Of a DNA stretch of 36,755 nucleotides, positions 16,729 through 25,752 are shown piece after piece. The translations under genes and the position numbers were made by a program. The number at the start of each line of letters is the position of its first letter. Position 1 is the first letter of the stretch. A model generated the notes under the pieces. That model did no database searches. It was given only the letters and a program-made list of their open reading frames with translations, and had not been told where the DNA came from. The DNA is from Alphaproteobacteria bacterium. Lineage in GTDB: Bacteria > Pseudomonadota > Alphaproteobacteria > Micropepsales > Micropepsaceae. The stretch spans positions 1 through 36,755 of the forward strand of contig JANLXP010000380.1 in NCBI GenBank assembly GCA_031365165.1, in the 5' to 3' direction.

Positions 16729-18102
16729 ATGACAGTGCATACCTTCGTAAAGGGCGCCAACACGGCGGCGCACTTAAGGCCTCCGACGAAGCGCAAGGTG
16801 ATAGAACGAAGTCCGCCCGCCGGCGCTGACGTCGGCGTTCAGACTTCTCTCTTCTTCCCGCCTCCCGCCTCACCCGCCCTTCCTCAATCCGATTCCGCGA
16901 CGCCAACACGTAAAGCGAACCGTTTCCCGGTCAGCGCTCAGGCTCGCGAGTTCTACAAACGCAATTTCCCGGGCACGACACCCGACGATTGGAACGACTG
17001 GCGCTGGCAAGCGCGCAGCCGCATCCGCACGCTTGAGCAGCTTGAGCGGATGTTCGACCTGTCGAAAGACGAAAGATCCGCGGCTTTGCGCCATAAAGGC
17101 TCGCTGCCCGTCGGCATCACACCTTATTACGCAAGCTTGATGGCCCATGCCGATGCGTCGGAGCCGCTCCGCCGTACGCACATCATGGTCAACGATGAAT
17201 ACGTGCGCCTGCCGGGTGAAGAAGACGATCCGCTGGGCGAAGACCACGACACGGTCGCCCCGGGACTCGTGCATCGCTACCCTGATCGCGTTTTGTTCCT
17301 GACGACCGGCTTCTGCTCGACCTATTGCCGCTATTGCACGCGCTCAAGAATGGTCGGAAATCCGGGCGGCGAGTACAACTTCTCGACCTCGCAGTGGGAA
17401 AAGGCGCTCCAATACCTGGAAACGCACACTGAGGTGCGCGACGTCCTTCTTTCCGGCGGTGATCCGCTGTCGATCGGCGACGACAAGCTCGATTGGCTGC
17501 TCACGCGCCTGCGCAAGATCAAACACATCGAGTTCATTCGCATCGGATCCAAGATCCCGGCCGTGCTGCCCATGCGCATCACCCGTGATCTCGTGAAGAT
17601 GCTCAGGAAGCATCATCCCCTGTGGATGAGCGTCCACTTCACGCATCCGACCGAGATCACGCCCGAAACGCGCGAAGCCGCGGCCCGTTTGGCCGATGCC
17701 GGCATACCGCTCGGCTCGCAAACGGTTCTGCTCAAAGACATCAATGACGACGTAACGGTGATGCGCGACCTGATGCATGGTCTGCTCACCATGCGCATCA
17801 AGCCGTATTACCTCTATCAGTGCGACCCGATTAAGGGCTCCGGCCACTTCCGGACGCCTGTGCACAAAGGGCTTGAGATCATCCAATCGCTTCGCGGTCA
17901 CACGACGGGCTATGCGTGCCCGATGTTCGTGGTCGATGCGCCTGGCGGTGGCGGGAAAATCCTGCTGGCGCCGGACGCAGTCGCGGGCCGGAACGGCGAC
18001 GACCTGCTGCTCAGGAACTTCGAAGGCAAAATCTTCCGCTATCCCGACCCAGGCGGCACGCTTGGGCGTAGCAAAGTCGCGCGGGCAGCCGCCGCTGAAT
18101 AA
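16729..18102 (+). CDS. kamA: L-lysine 2,3-aminomutase (radical SAM, PLP)
   Basis: DWNDWRWQ, HRYPDRVLFL and CSTYCRYC (CxxxCxxC) motifs. YQCD and FVVDAPGGGGK have the two Asp residues 37 aa apart and the PLP Lys. Start uncertain (ATG 16729 gives a ~70-aa N-terminal extension; GTG 16798 is an alternative). Confidence 0.9.
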   Translation: MTVHTFVKGANTAAHLRPPTKRKVIERSPPAGADVGVQTSLFFPPPASPALPQSDSATPTRKANRFPVSAQAREFYKRNFPGTTPDDWNDWRWQARSRIRTLEQLERMFDLSKDERSAALRHKGSLPVGITPYYASLMAHADASEPLRRTHIMVNDEYVRLPGEEDDPLGEDHDTVAPGLVHRYPDRVLFLTTGFCSTYCRYCTRSRMVGNPGGEYNFSTSQWEKALQYLETHTEVRDVLLSGGDPLSIGDDKLDWLLTRLRKIKHIEFIRIGSKIPAVLPMRITRDLVKMLRKHHPLWMSVHFTHPTEITPETREAAARLADAGIPLGSQTVLLKDINDDVTVMRDLMHGLLTMRIKPYYLYQCDPIKGSGHFRTPVHKGLEIIQSLRGHTTGYACPMFVVDAPGGGGKILLAPDAVAGRNGDDLLLRNFEGKIFRYPDPGGTLGRSKVARAAAAE

Positions 18103-18146
18103 GCGGCGGATCCCCGAACGATCGATGGCGAGTTAGCCGAGGCCGG

Positions 18147-19133
18147 ATGAACGACGCGCCGCATATCTTGATTATTGTCCCGGAGCTCAAAGAGCTGGAG
18201 CCCGACGACAACCTTGCGACCATTTCGACCGCACGCGAACTCGCCAAGCACTACGACCGCTTGGGCTATTCAAACGCGATCCGCCATTTCGAATACTTGC
18301 CCCAGACGTTCAAAACCGTCGTCGACGAAGAACAGCCCGACTGCGTCTTCAACTTGGTCGAATCGGTCTCAGGCACCAGCCGCCTGATCCATGTCCCGCC
18401 GATCTATCTCGAAGAATTGCGCATCCCCTATACGGGCTGCCCCGCGCACGCGATCGAACTGTCGAACGACAAGGTCTTGGCCAAGCACATTCTTCAGCTC
18501 CTGAAGGTGCCCACCCCCCGCTGGGGAACGCCAAAGACGATGCCCGGCGGCGAGGGCGGCACCTGGATCGTCAAGGCCCAGCACGAACACGCGTCCTTCG
18601 GCCTAACCCAAGCAAACGTCGTCCAAGGCACGACCGCCGCGATCGCGCGCGCCCATGAGCTCGCGAAAGAGCACAAGATCGAATGGATGATCGAAGAGTT
18701 CGTGGACGGCCGCGAATTCAACGTCTCGATGGTCGAAACACCCGAAGGCCCCCGCGTCCTGCCGTCGGCCGAGATCGTGTTTCAGAACTATGGCACCGAC
18801 CTGCACAAGATCATCGACTACCGCGCGAAGTGGGACGACCAGAGCTTCGAATACCAAAACACGGTCCGCCGCGCCGATTTCTCCCCGGCCGACCGCAGGC
18901 TCCTCAAGGAGCTTGAGGACATCAGCCTCAAGGTTTGGGAAGGCTTCGATCTGCGCGGCTGGGCCCGCGTGGACTTCCGCATCGATGCCGCAAGCAACCC
19001 GTGGGTCATCGACGTCAACGCGAACCCCGACTTGTCGTTGGACGCGGGCTTCATGGCCGCCGCCGGCCGCGCACAAATCGCCCCGCACGAGGCGATCCGC
19101 ATGATCACCGACGCCGCACTGTTGGCGGGATGA
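18147..19133 (+). CDS. ATP-grasp ligase, D-Ala-D-Ala-ligase-like
   Basis: GAGG SD lies 5 nt upstream. Contains SNDKVLAKHIL, WIVKAQHEHAS, EEFVDGREFNV and ARVDFRID...IDVNANP ATP-grasp motifs. Confidence 0.85.
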   Translation: MNDAPHILIIVPELKELEPDDNLATISTARELAKHYDRLGYSNAIRHFEYLPQTFKTVVDEEQPDCVFNLVESVSGTSRLIHVPPIYLEELRIPYTGCPAHAIELSNDKVLAKHILQLLKVPTPRWGTPKTMPGGEGGTWIVKAQHEHASFGLTQANVVQGTTAAIARAHELAKEHKIEWMIEEFVDGREFNVSMVETPEGPRVLPSAEIVFQNYGTDLHKIIDYRAKWDDQSFEYQNTVRRADFSPADRRLLKELEDISLKVWEGFDLRGWARVDFRIDAASNPWVIDVNANPDLSLDAGFMAAAGRAQIAPHEAIRMITDAALLAG

Positions 19134-19612
19134 CGGCGCCGAAGTTCCGTTCGACGCCGCAACCGGACGACCCCGAAGCCGTCCGCGAACTTGTAACCGC
19201 GACCGGCGTCTTCTCGGGCACCGAAGTTGGCTGGGCCGTCGAAATCGTCGAAACCGCGCTCGCACGTGGGCAATCCGCCGGTTACCACTTCCTATTCGCC
19301 GATGGATCGAGCCGCCTCGAAGGCTTCACATGCTTCGGCCCGATCGACGGCACCGACAACCGCTTCGACCTTTATTGGATCGCCGTCTCGCCAATGGCAC
19401 AAGGTAAGGGCCTTGGCCGCGACCTCCTCGGTGAAACGGTCACCGCCGCCCGCGCCCTCGACGCCACCCACATGTTCATCGACACGTCGACCCGCAACGA
19501 CTACGCCGCCGCCCGCAAACTCTACGAAGCGCTCGGCTTCAACCACATGGGAACGCTGGTCGACTTCTATAGCGATGGCGACGGCAAGGCCCTGTTCGGA
19601 CGCAAGCTCTAG
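19130..19612 (+). CDS. GNAT-family N-acetyltransferase
   Basis: ATG 19130 overlaps the ATP-grasp stop (ATGA). Acetyl-CoA motif IAVSPMAQGKGLGRDLL. 160 aa. Confidence 0.85.
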   Translation: MTAPKFRSTPQPDDPEAVRELVTATGVFSGTEVGWAVEIVETALARGQSAGYHFLFADGSSRLEGFTCFGPIDGTDNRFDLYWIAVSPMAQGKGLGRDLLGETVTAARALDATHMFIDTSTRNDYAAARKLYEALGFNHMGTLVDFYSDGDGKALFGRKL

Positions 19613-20553
19613 ATCGTCTCCAGAGCCTCTTCAGCACGCCGCAACCCTAGTTGCCGCTCGCGCCACACGATGAAGAGCCCAGACGAGATCACGATCACGG
19701 CCCCCACATAGACAGCCGCCGCCGGCAACTCGCTGAAGAACAACCACCCCAGCAGGATCGCCCAAATCATCGCCGCATAGTCGAAATTGGCGAGCGTCGA
19801 GGCCTCCGCGAACCGGTACGAATTCGTCATCAGCAACTGCCCGGCCCCACCTAAGATTCCAAGCGTGACGAGCAGCAAGAATTCGCTGCCCGAAGGGGTC
19901 GTCCACGCAAAGGGCAAAGTGCACGCGCTGACGAGCGTGCAAGCCAGCTGAAAATAGAACGCGATCACGAGCGCCGGCTCGCTGCCCGACATCAAGCGGA
20001 TAAAGATCATCGTGAAGGCGACCAAGAACGCGTTCGCAAAGGCGAGCATCACGCCGGTCGACGCACCCGCCTCTGCAAAGCCCTGACCGAGATGCGGCGA
20101 GACCATAATCAACACGCCGACGAACCCGGCGCCGACCGCACTCCACCGGTAAAGCCGCACGGTCTCGCCCAGAATGAAAGCGGCCAACACCACGACGATC
20201 AGCGGCGACGCAAAACTGATTGCCGTCACGTCGGCAATCGGCAGGTACTTCAGCGACGAAAAATAGGTGAACATGGCAAGCACACCGCTCGTCGCCCGCC
20301 TGGCATGCGACCACGGCACCTTTGTCGCCAAGTCGCTCATGCGCAGACCCGACACCAGCATCACGACGATGATCGGCACGAACGCGAACAGCGAGCGGAA
20401 GAACACGACCTGGCCCACCGGAAACGTGTCGCCGAACCCGCGCGCGATGACCGCCATGAACATAAAGACGAGCGTCGCCGCGACCTTGAGTGCAATGCCG
20501 AGAAGCGGATGTGACGACGTCTTAAGATCGACGGCCGTGCTCTTCACAGCCAC
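19609..20553 (-). CDS. DMT-superfamily (EamA-like) transporter
   Basis: About 10 TM segments arranged as two EamA-like halves. Start is GTG 20553 or GTG 20547 (the latter gives a GTGA overlap with the corA stop). Confidence 0.85.
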   Translation of the reverse strand: MAVKSTAVDLKTSSHPLLGIALKVAATLVFMFMAVIARGFGDTFPVGQVVFFRSLFAFVPIIVVMLVSGLRMSDLATKVPWSHARRATSGVLAMFTYFSSLKYLPIADVTAISFASPLIVVVLAAFILGETVRLYRWSAVGAGFVGVLIMVSPHLGQGFAEAGASTGVMLAFANAFLVAFTMIFIRLMSGSEPALVIAFYFQLACTLVSACTLPFAWTTPSGSEFLLLVTLGILGGAGQLLMTNSYRFAEASTLANFDYAAMIWAILLGWLFFSELPAAAVYVGAVIVISSGLFIVWRERQLGLRRAEEALETI

Positions 20554-21527
20554 TTGCGCCAGCGGAAGAACACGTAGGGAGCCACGGCGGACAGCACGAT
20601 CGTAACGAGAGCGAACGCGTAGCCGTACGTCGATTCAAGCTCGGGCATATGCTTGAAATTCATGCCCCAAATGCTCGCGAACAAGGTCGGCGGCAGGAAC
20701 ACCGTCGCCGCAACGGACAGAATGCGGATGATCCGGCTCTGGTCGATGTTGACGATGCCGAGCACCGCGTCGAGTAGGAACGTGATCTTGTTCGAGAGAA
20801 AGGTCGTGTGATCGGCAAGCGACTGCACGTCCCGGGTCATGGTCTTCACATGCCCCTTCAGATCCTTCGCCGACTTCATCTCGATCGTCTGCGTCAGGAA
20901 CGCCAGCATTCGCCCCAGGCTGATCAAACTTTCGCGCGCCTTCGACGTCAGGTCGTTGCGATTGCCGAGATTGACCAAAATCTTCTGATAGTCGCGCGCC
21001 GGGCTATCCCCGTTCTGTTGGAACACCTGCTTCGAAAGAACCTCGACCTCCGCACCCACCTTTTCCAAAACGTCGGCTGTGCGGTCGATCACAGCCTCAA
21101 GCAGGCCCGCTAGAATGAGATCGCCGCGCGGCCACAAATTTGCCTGCCGGTCGGCCCGGTTGGCGAACGTGTTGAAGGGCTGCGGTTCGGAATAGCGCAC
21201 CGTCAAAAGGCGGTCGCCGGCCAAAATAAAGCTCACGCCGAGGCACTCGGGGTCCGTCGATTCCGTCTTCGACAACACCAGCGCCGTCATGAACGTCGCG
21301 CCGTCCTCGTGATAAAGGCGGCTCGAGATCTCGATCTCGTCCATGTCGTCGCGTGTCGGCGGCTCGAAACCGAAAACCGCTTTCACCGCTTCGCGTTCTT
21401 GCGGCGTCGGATCGAACATGTCGACCCAGAGCGACTCTTGCGGAATGACGATCGGCTCCACCGCCTGACCTGTACACGTCAGGTTGCGCCTTAGGCAGTT
21501 CTCGCGCAGGCCGAACGAGCGAAGCAT
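20544..21527 (-). CDS. corA: CorA-family Mg2+/Co2+ transporter
   Basis: C-terminal two TM segments with IWGMNFKHMPE (GMN motif). Confidence 0.85.
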   Translation of the reverse strand: MLRSFGLRENCLRRNLTCTGQAVEPIVIPQESLWVDMFDPTPQEREAVKAVFGFEPPTRDDMDEIEISSRLYHEDGATFMTALVLSKTESTDPECLGVSFILAGDRLLTVRYSEPQPFNTFANRADRQANLWPRGDLILAGLLEAVIDRTADVLEKVGAEVEVLSKQVFQQNGDSPARDYQKILVNLGNRNDLTSKARESLISLGRMLAFLTQTIEMKSAKDLKGHVKTMTRDVQSLADHTTFLSNKITFLLDAVLGIVNIDQSRIIRILSVAATVFLPPTLFASIWGMNFKHMPELESTYGYAFALVTIVLSAVAPYVFFRWRKWL

Positions 21528-21810
21528 GGGTGGGCTCTCGAGGGCTTTTGAGGGGCGGCGATCGGGGCGAACGTCGCCATCTTATAACCACCTAGCAAAG
21601 CTACCCGCCAGTCGATTTCGCCAGCGGAATCAAGGCGCGGCATTGTTACCGCCGACGTACGGGGACACGACGCAAGGGGTGCGGCTTTCGAGTCACTCTC
21701 CCGACTTACCGCATTGCGTTTACGACCCGAAAACGCTTTAGAGGGCATAGGTGGGTGTACCCGAAAGGCTTAGGGCCCTACCGGCAGTAAGCGGCAACGC
21801 GAGGTTTCCA

Positions 21811-22098
21811 ATGGAATTCGGCGATCTTTTCAGCTTCGACAAGAAAATCGTGCCCGGCATCATCAAACCGATCTACTGGATCGGCTTGTTCGCTCTCCCG
21901 ATCCTCGGGATCATCTATTTCTTGAGCGGGTTCGGCAAACTGTTCACCGAAGGCTTCTTCACGGGCCTATGGGACATGGGCGCGGCAGTCGTATGGGTTG
22001 TCATCGGCGTGTTCGCACTGCGCGTTTTGGCTGAACTCTGCCTCGCGATCTTCGACCTTCACGAACGCGGTACCCCACCCCCGTCGTCGCAGAACTAG
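21811..22098 (+). CDS. DUF4282-like small membrane protein
   Basis: MEFGDLFSFDKKIVPGIIKPIYWIG plus two TM segments. ATG 21811 with an upstream GAGG. Confidence 0.75.
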   Translation: MEFGDLFSFDKKIVPGIIKPIYWIGLFALPILGIIYFLSGFGKLFTEGFFTGLWDMGAAVVWVVIGVFALRVLAELCLAIFDLHERGTPPPSSQN

Positions 22099-22128
22099 CG
22101 CTGCGACCCGATCGGGTCATCCTATTTG

Positions 22129-22164
22129 CCGCCTCGGGTTCCAAACCCGGGGCGGTTTTCTTTT
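22129..22164 (+). terminator. Rho-independent terminator
   Basis: CCGCCTCGGGTT / AACCCGGGGCGG stem (one G-U pair), followed by TTTTCTTTT. Confidence 0.7.
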
Positions 22165-22168
22165 GCGG

Positions 22169-23284
22169 CTAAGGCGAAGTCTTGGTTTCTTGACCGCCAT
22201 CGGGCGTCCCGGGTGCGGGAGCACCATCGCCGCGCTGGTGGAAGTAGATCGTTTGCGCGAAAGCGCGAAACGGCGCCGTCCCCAGCGCCAAATTCCAAAC
22301 CCAGTTCGGCGGCGCAACGTCGAGCATCCGCCTGAGCCAGAGCTTCGTGCGAAAGCGCGGCGCCTCGCGCGCGAGTGCCAGTGCGGGATGCTCGCCACCC
22401 GCATTGATCCAATCGGCCGCAAGCTGCGCCGTGCGCCGCCCGAGGCGCAACGTCTGCACGATCCCGCCCCCTGTCAGCGGCGACACGTGCCCAGCCGCAT
22501 CACCGATCAACATCACGCGTCCCACATGCGTCCGCCCAAGTGTCGCGCCTGCGGGGATGAGCCCGCTCCGCCGCGCCACGATGCGCCGCTCCGATAACCC
22601 CAAACGCTTTCGATAAACCTCAATGAACGCACGCGCGTCGGGCCTCACACCATGACGCGCTGCAAGCCCAACTTGCGTGACGCCGACGCTCGGCGCCGCC
22701 CACGCGATGTAACCGGGCGCGAGCTCGCTATCGAGGAAGCAGTGCAAGAACCGGCCATCGAGCGCGGGCTCCGGCTCCAACTCGAACTCGACGCCGCCAA
22801 GGAAGCGCCGGTTCGCATCGAGCCCGAATGCACGTGCGACCGCCGACGTCGCACCGTCCGCGCCGACAAGCAGCCGCGCGGACAACCCGAGATCGGGCAA
22901 AGTCACCGCATCGTCGTCTTGAACGGCCCGCTTGAACCCGGCGCCGAGCATCACCTCGGCACCCGCCCGCGTCGCTTCGTCCGCCATCCAGCGCAGCAAG
23001 TTCGGCGTGTCGGTCGTAAGGAAGTAGTACCCGGCCGACGAATGGTCGGTGAACCTGCCGTTCGGCGCATAAAGGCGAACCCCACGCACAAGCCGCGTCA
23101 GATGCGACGGAACATCCATCTCCTCCGCCGCTTCCTTGACGAGAATGCCGGTCGTTCGCACCTTTTCGCCGGGATCGCGCTTGCGCTCGATCACGGCGAC
23201 CTTAAGCCCGCGCAACGCCGCCGTCCGCGCACACGCAAGTCCCGCGAAACTGCCGCCGACAATGATCAGGTCAAAGCGGCGCAA
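22169..23284 (-). CDS. FAD-dependent oxidoreductase (geranylgeranyl-reductase-like)
   Basis: FDLIIVGGSFAGLACA dinucleotide fold and GDAAGHVSPLTGGGI motif. TTG 23284 chosen because the longer ORF overlaps the upstream VOC gene by about 100 nt. Start uncertain. Confidence 0.8.
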   Translation of the reverse strand: MRRFDLIIVGGSFAGLACARTAALRGLKVAVIERKRDPGEKVRTTGILVKEAAEEMDVPSHLTRLVRGVRLYAPNGRFTDHSSAGYYFLTTDTPNLLRWMADEATRAGAEVMLGAGFKRAVQDDDAVTLPDLGLSARLLVGADGATSAVARAFGLDANRRFLGGVEFELEPEPALDGRFLHCFLDSELAPGYIAWAAPSVGVTQVGLAARHGVRPDARAFIEVYRKRLGLSERRIVARRSGLIPAGATLGRTHVGRVMLIGDAAGHVSPLTGGGIVQTLRLGRRTAQLAADWINAGGEHPALALAREAPRFRTKLWLRRMLDVAPPNWVWNLALGTAPFRAFAQTIYFHQRGDGAPAPGTPDGGQETKTSP

Positions 23285-23288
23285 TCCG

Positions 23289-23747
23289 CTACTTGCCCTT
23301 CGGCTTTTTCTTCGGTGCGGCTTTCTTCTGTTTCGGCAACGGCGCGCCGAACTGCCAAGAATGGCCGAACGGATCGGTGATGACACCGAAGCGGTCGCCC
23401 CAGAACTGATCAGCTGCAGGCATTCTGATTTTCGCGCCGGCCTTCTGTGCGCGCGCCATCCACTGGTCGACTTCCTTGGGCAGTTTCAGCTGGATGAACA
23501 TGCCGACTGGCGTGCCGCCATAGCTCAGCGGTGTGCTGCTCTTACCGCCCGAATGCTCCGGAAAGTCGTCCGAGAGATAGACGAAGTGCCCGTTGATCTC
23601 CAACTGGGCGTGCATCAAGCGCTTCCCGTCTTCCGCGGGCATCTTCATGACTTCCTTCGCGCCCAATCCCTTCTTGTAGAACGCGATGGCGCCCTTCCCG
23701 TCGCTGACGGTGAGGTACGGCACGATATTTTTCTGAAGCGAAGGCAT
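23289..23747 (-). CDS. VOC-family protein (PhnB-like) with Lys-rich C-terminal tail
   Basis: IVPYLTVSDGKGAIAFY...DRFGVITDPFGHSWQ motifs. Tail KQKKAAPKKKPKGK. GGGAGAG SD. Confidence 0.8.
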   Translation of the reverse strand: MPSLQKNIVPYLTVSDGKGAIAFYKKGLGAKEVMKMPAEDGKRLMHAQLEINGHFVYLSDDFPEHSGGKSSTPLSYGGTPVGMFIQLKLPKEVDQWMARAQKAGAKIRMPAADQFWGDRFGVITDPFGHSWQFGAPLPKQKKAAPKKKPKGK

Positions 23748-23786
23748 CGAAAACTCTCCCAGGAAAGATGGCCGAGCGTTCTACCT

Positions 23787-25721
23787 CTAGCGCTTCGCGT
23801 TCGCCACCAAATCCTGCACGACAGCCGGATCTGCGAGCGTCGTCACATCGCCCAGATTGGATGTGTCGCCTTCCGCGATCTTCCTGAGGATGCGCCGCAT
23901 GATTTTGCCCGACCGCGTCTTCGGCAGACCGGGCGCCCACTGGATGACATCCGGCTTCGCAATCGCGCCGATCTCCTTGCCAACCCATTGGATGAGCTCT
24001 TTGCGCAACTCTTCCGTCGGCGCCTCGCCCGAGACCAAAGTCACATAGGCGTAGATACCCTGCCCTTTGATGTCATGCGGATAGCCCACGACTGCGGCTT
24101 CAGCCACCTTCTTGTGAGCGACCAACGCCGACTCGACCTCGGCGGTCCCAAGCCGGTGACCCGACACATTGATCACGTCGTCGACGCGGCCCGTGATCCA
24201 ATAGTACCCATCCTTGTCCCGCCGGCAGCCGTCGCCGGTGAAGTACTTGCCCGGATAGGTCTTGAAGTACGTCTCGACGAACCGCTCGTGATCGCCATAG
24301 ACGGTGCGCATCTGCCCCGGCCAAGAATCCGCCAGAACCAAATTGCCCGTCGTCTCGCCCTCAAGCACCTTGCCCTCGGCATCGACGACCTGCGGCACGA
24401 CACCGAAGAACGGCCGCGTAGCTGATCCCGGCTTCAAATCGGTGGCGCCCGGTAGCGGGGTAATCAAGATGCCGCCGGTCTCGGTCTGCCACCACGTGTC
24501 GACGATCGGACAGCGGCTGTCGCCGACGACGCGATGGTACCAAAGCCAAGCCTCGGGATTGATCGGCTCACCCACGGAGCCGAGCAGGCGCAACGACGCG
24601 CGGCTCGTCTTCTTCACTGGCCCCTCGCCATCGCGCATCAACGCGCGGATCGCCGTCGGCGCCGTGTAGAAGATGTTGACCTTGTGCTTGTCGATGACCT
24701 CCCAGAACCGCGAGACGGTGGGATAGTTCGGGACGCCTTCGAACATCAGCGTCGTGGCCCCGTTCGAAAGCGGGCCATAGACGATGTAGCTGTGCCCCGT
24801 CACCCAACCCACGTCCGCGGTACACCAGTAGATGTCGCCATCGTGGTAATCGAACACGTATTGATGCGTCATCGACGCGAAGACCAGATAGCCGCCCGAC
24901 GTGTGCAAGACGCCCTTGGGCTTACCGGTCGAGCCCGACGTGTAGAGAATGAACATCGGATCTTCCGCGTTCATCTCGGCGGGCGGACAGTCGGCTGACA
25001 CCTTCCCCGCTTCGTCGTGGTACCAAACATCGCGGCCCGCCTGCATCGCGACTTTGCCGCCCGTGCGCTTTACGACGACCACGCGCTTTACGTCCGGACA
25101 ATGCGCCAAAGCGGCGTCGGTGTTCTGCTTCAGCGGCACCGCCTTACCACCGCGTAAGCCTTCGTCTGCCGTGATCACGACCGTCGACGCGCAATCGACG
25201 ATCCGCCCCGCCAAACTGTCCGGGGAAAACCCGCCGAACACGACCGAATGCACTGCCCCGATCCGCGTGCAAGCGAGCATCGCGTAAGCGGCTTCAGGGA
25301 TCATCGGCAGATAGATCGTAACCCGATCGCCCTTCTTCACCCCGTTCGCGGTCAACACATTCGCAAACCGGCAAACCTCGGCGTGCAATTGGCGATAGGT
25401 GATGTGCTTGGAATCCTTGGGGTCGTCGCCTTCCCAAATGATCGCCGTCTGATCGCCGCGCTTCGCCAAATGCCGGTCGATGCAATTCGCCGAAACGTTC
25501 AGCGCTCCGTCCTCGTACCAGCGAATGAACAAGTTCTTCGCGTCGTACGAAACGTTCTTCACTTTCGTGTACGGCTTGATCCAATCGACCCGCTTGCCCT
25601 GCTCGCGCCAAAACGTCACCGGATCCGCGACCGAGGCCTTGTAGAGATCGAGATACTTCCCGTTGTCGACAAACGCGCGTTTCGCCCACTCGGCCGTGAC
25701 GGGAATAACCTGGTCGGACAT
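23787..25721 (-). CDS. acs: acetyl-CoA synthetase
   Basis: 644 aa. Contains [11 protein letters not shown] (AMP-binding), [15 protein letters not shown], and [20 protein letters not shown]...SGKIMRR. AGGAG SD before ATG 25721. Confidence 0.93.
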   Translation of the reverse strand: MSDQVIPVTAEWAKRAFVDNGKYLDLYKASVADPVTFWREQGKRVDWIKPYTKVKNVSYDAKNLFIRWYEDGALNVSANCIDRHLAKRGDQTAIIWEGDDPKDSKHITYRQLHAEVCRFANVLTANGVKKGDRVTIYLPMIPEAAYAMLACTRIGAVHSVVFGGFSPDSLAGRIVDCASTVVITADEGLRGGKAVPLKQNTDAALAHCPDVKRVVVVKRTGGKVAMQAGRDVWYHDEAGKVSADCPPAEMNAEDPMFILYTSGSTGKPKGVLHTSGGYLVFASMTHQYVFDYHDGDIYWCTADVGWVTGHSYIVYGPLSNGATTLMFEGVPNYPTVSRFWEVIDKHKVNIFYTAPTAIRALMRDGEGPVKKTSRASLRLLGSVGEPINPEAWLWYHRVVGDSRCPIVDTWWQTETGGILITPLPGATDLKPGSATRPFFGVVPQVVDAEGKVLEGETTGNLVLADSWPGQMRTVYGDHERFVETYFKTYPGKYFTGDGCRRDKDGYYWITGRVDDVINVSGHRLGTAEVESALVAHKKVAEAAVVGYPHDIKGQGIYAYVTLVSGEAPTEELRKELIQWVGKEIGAIAKPDVIQWAPGLPKTRSGKIMRRILRKIAEGDTSNLGDVTTLADPAVVQDLVANAKR

Positions 25722-25752
25722 CAAAAGCGCTCCTCGTTTTGGCGGGCGAACC

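Noticed and set aside
16390-16732. ORFs 16200..16451, 16390..16593 and 16520..16732 inside the low-GC spacer
   Set aside because: They have no Shine-Dalgarno. Their composition is Cys/His/Ser-rich and atypical, they have no family resemblance, and they overlap one another. The region is better treated as non-coding regulatory DNA.
16729-18102. Aminomutase as EpmB (EF-P beta-lysylation)
   Set aside because: There is no epmA-like aaRS paralogue or efp nearby. The protein is close to clostridial-type LAM throughout (DWNDWRWQ N-terminal region, FVVDAPGGGGK). The linked partners are an ATP-grasp and a GNAT, which are not part of the EpmABC system.
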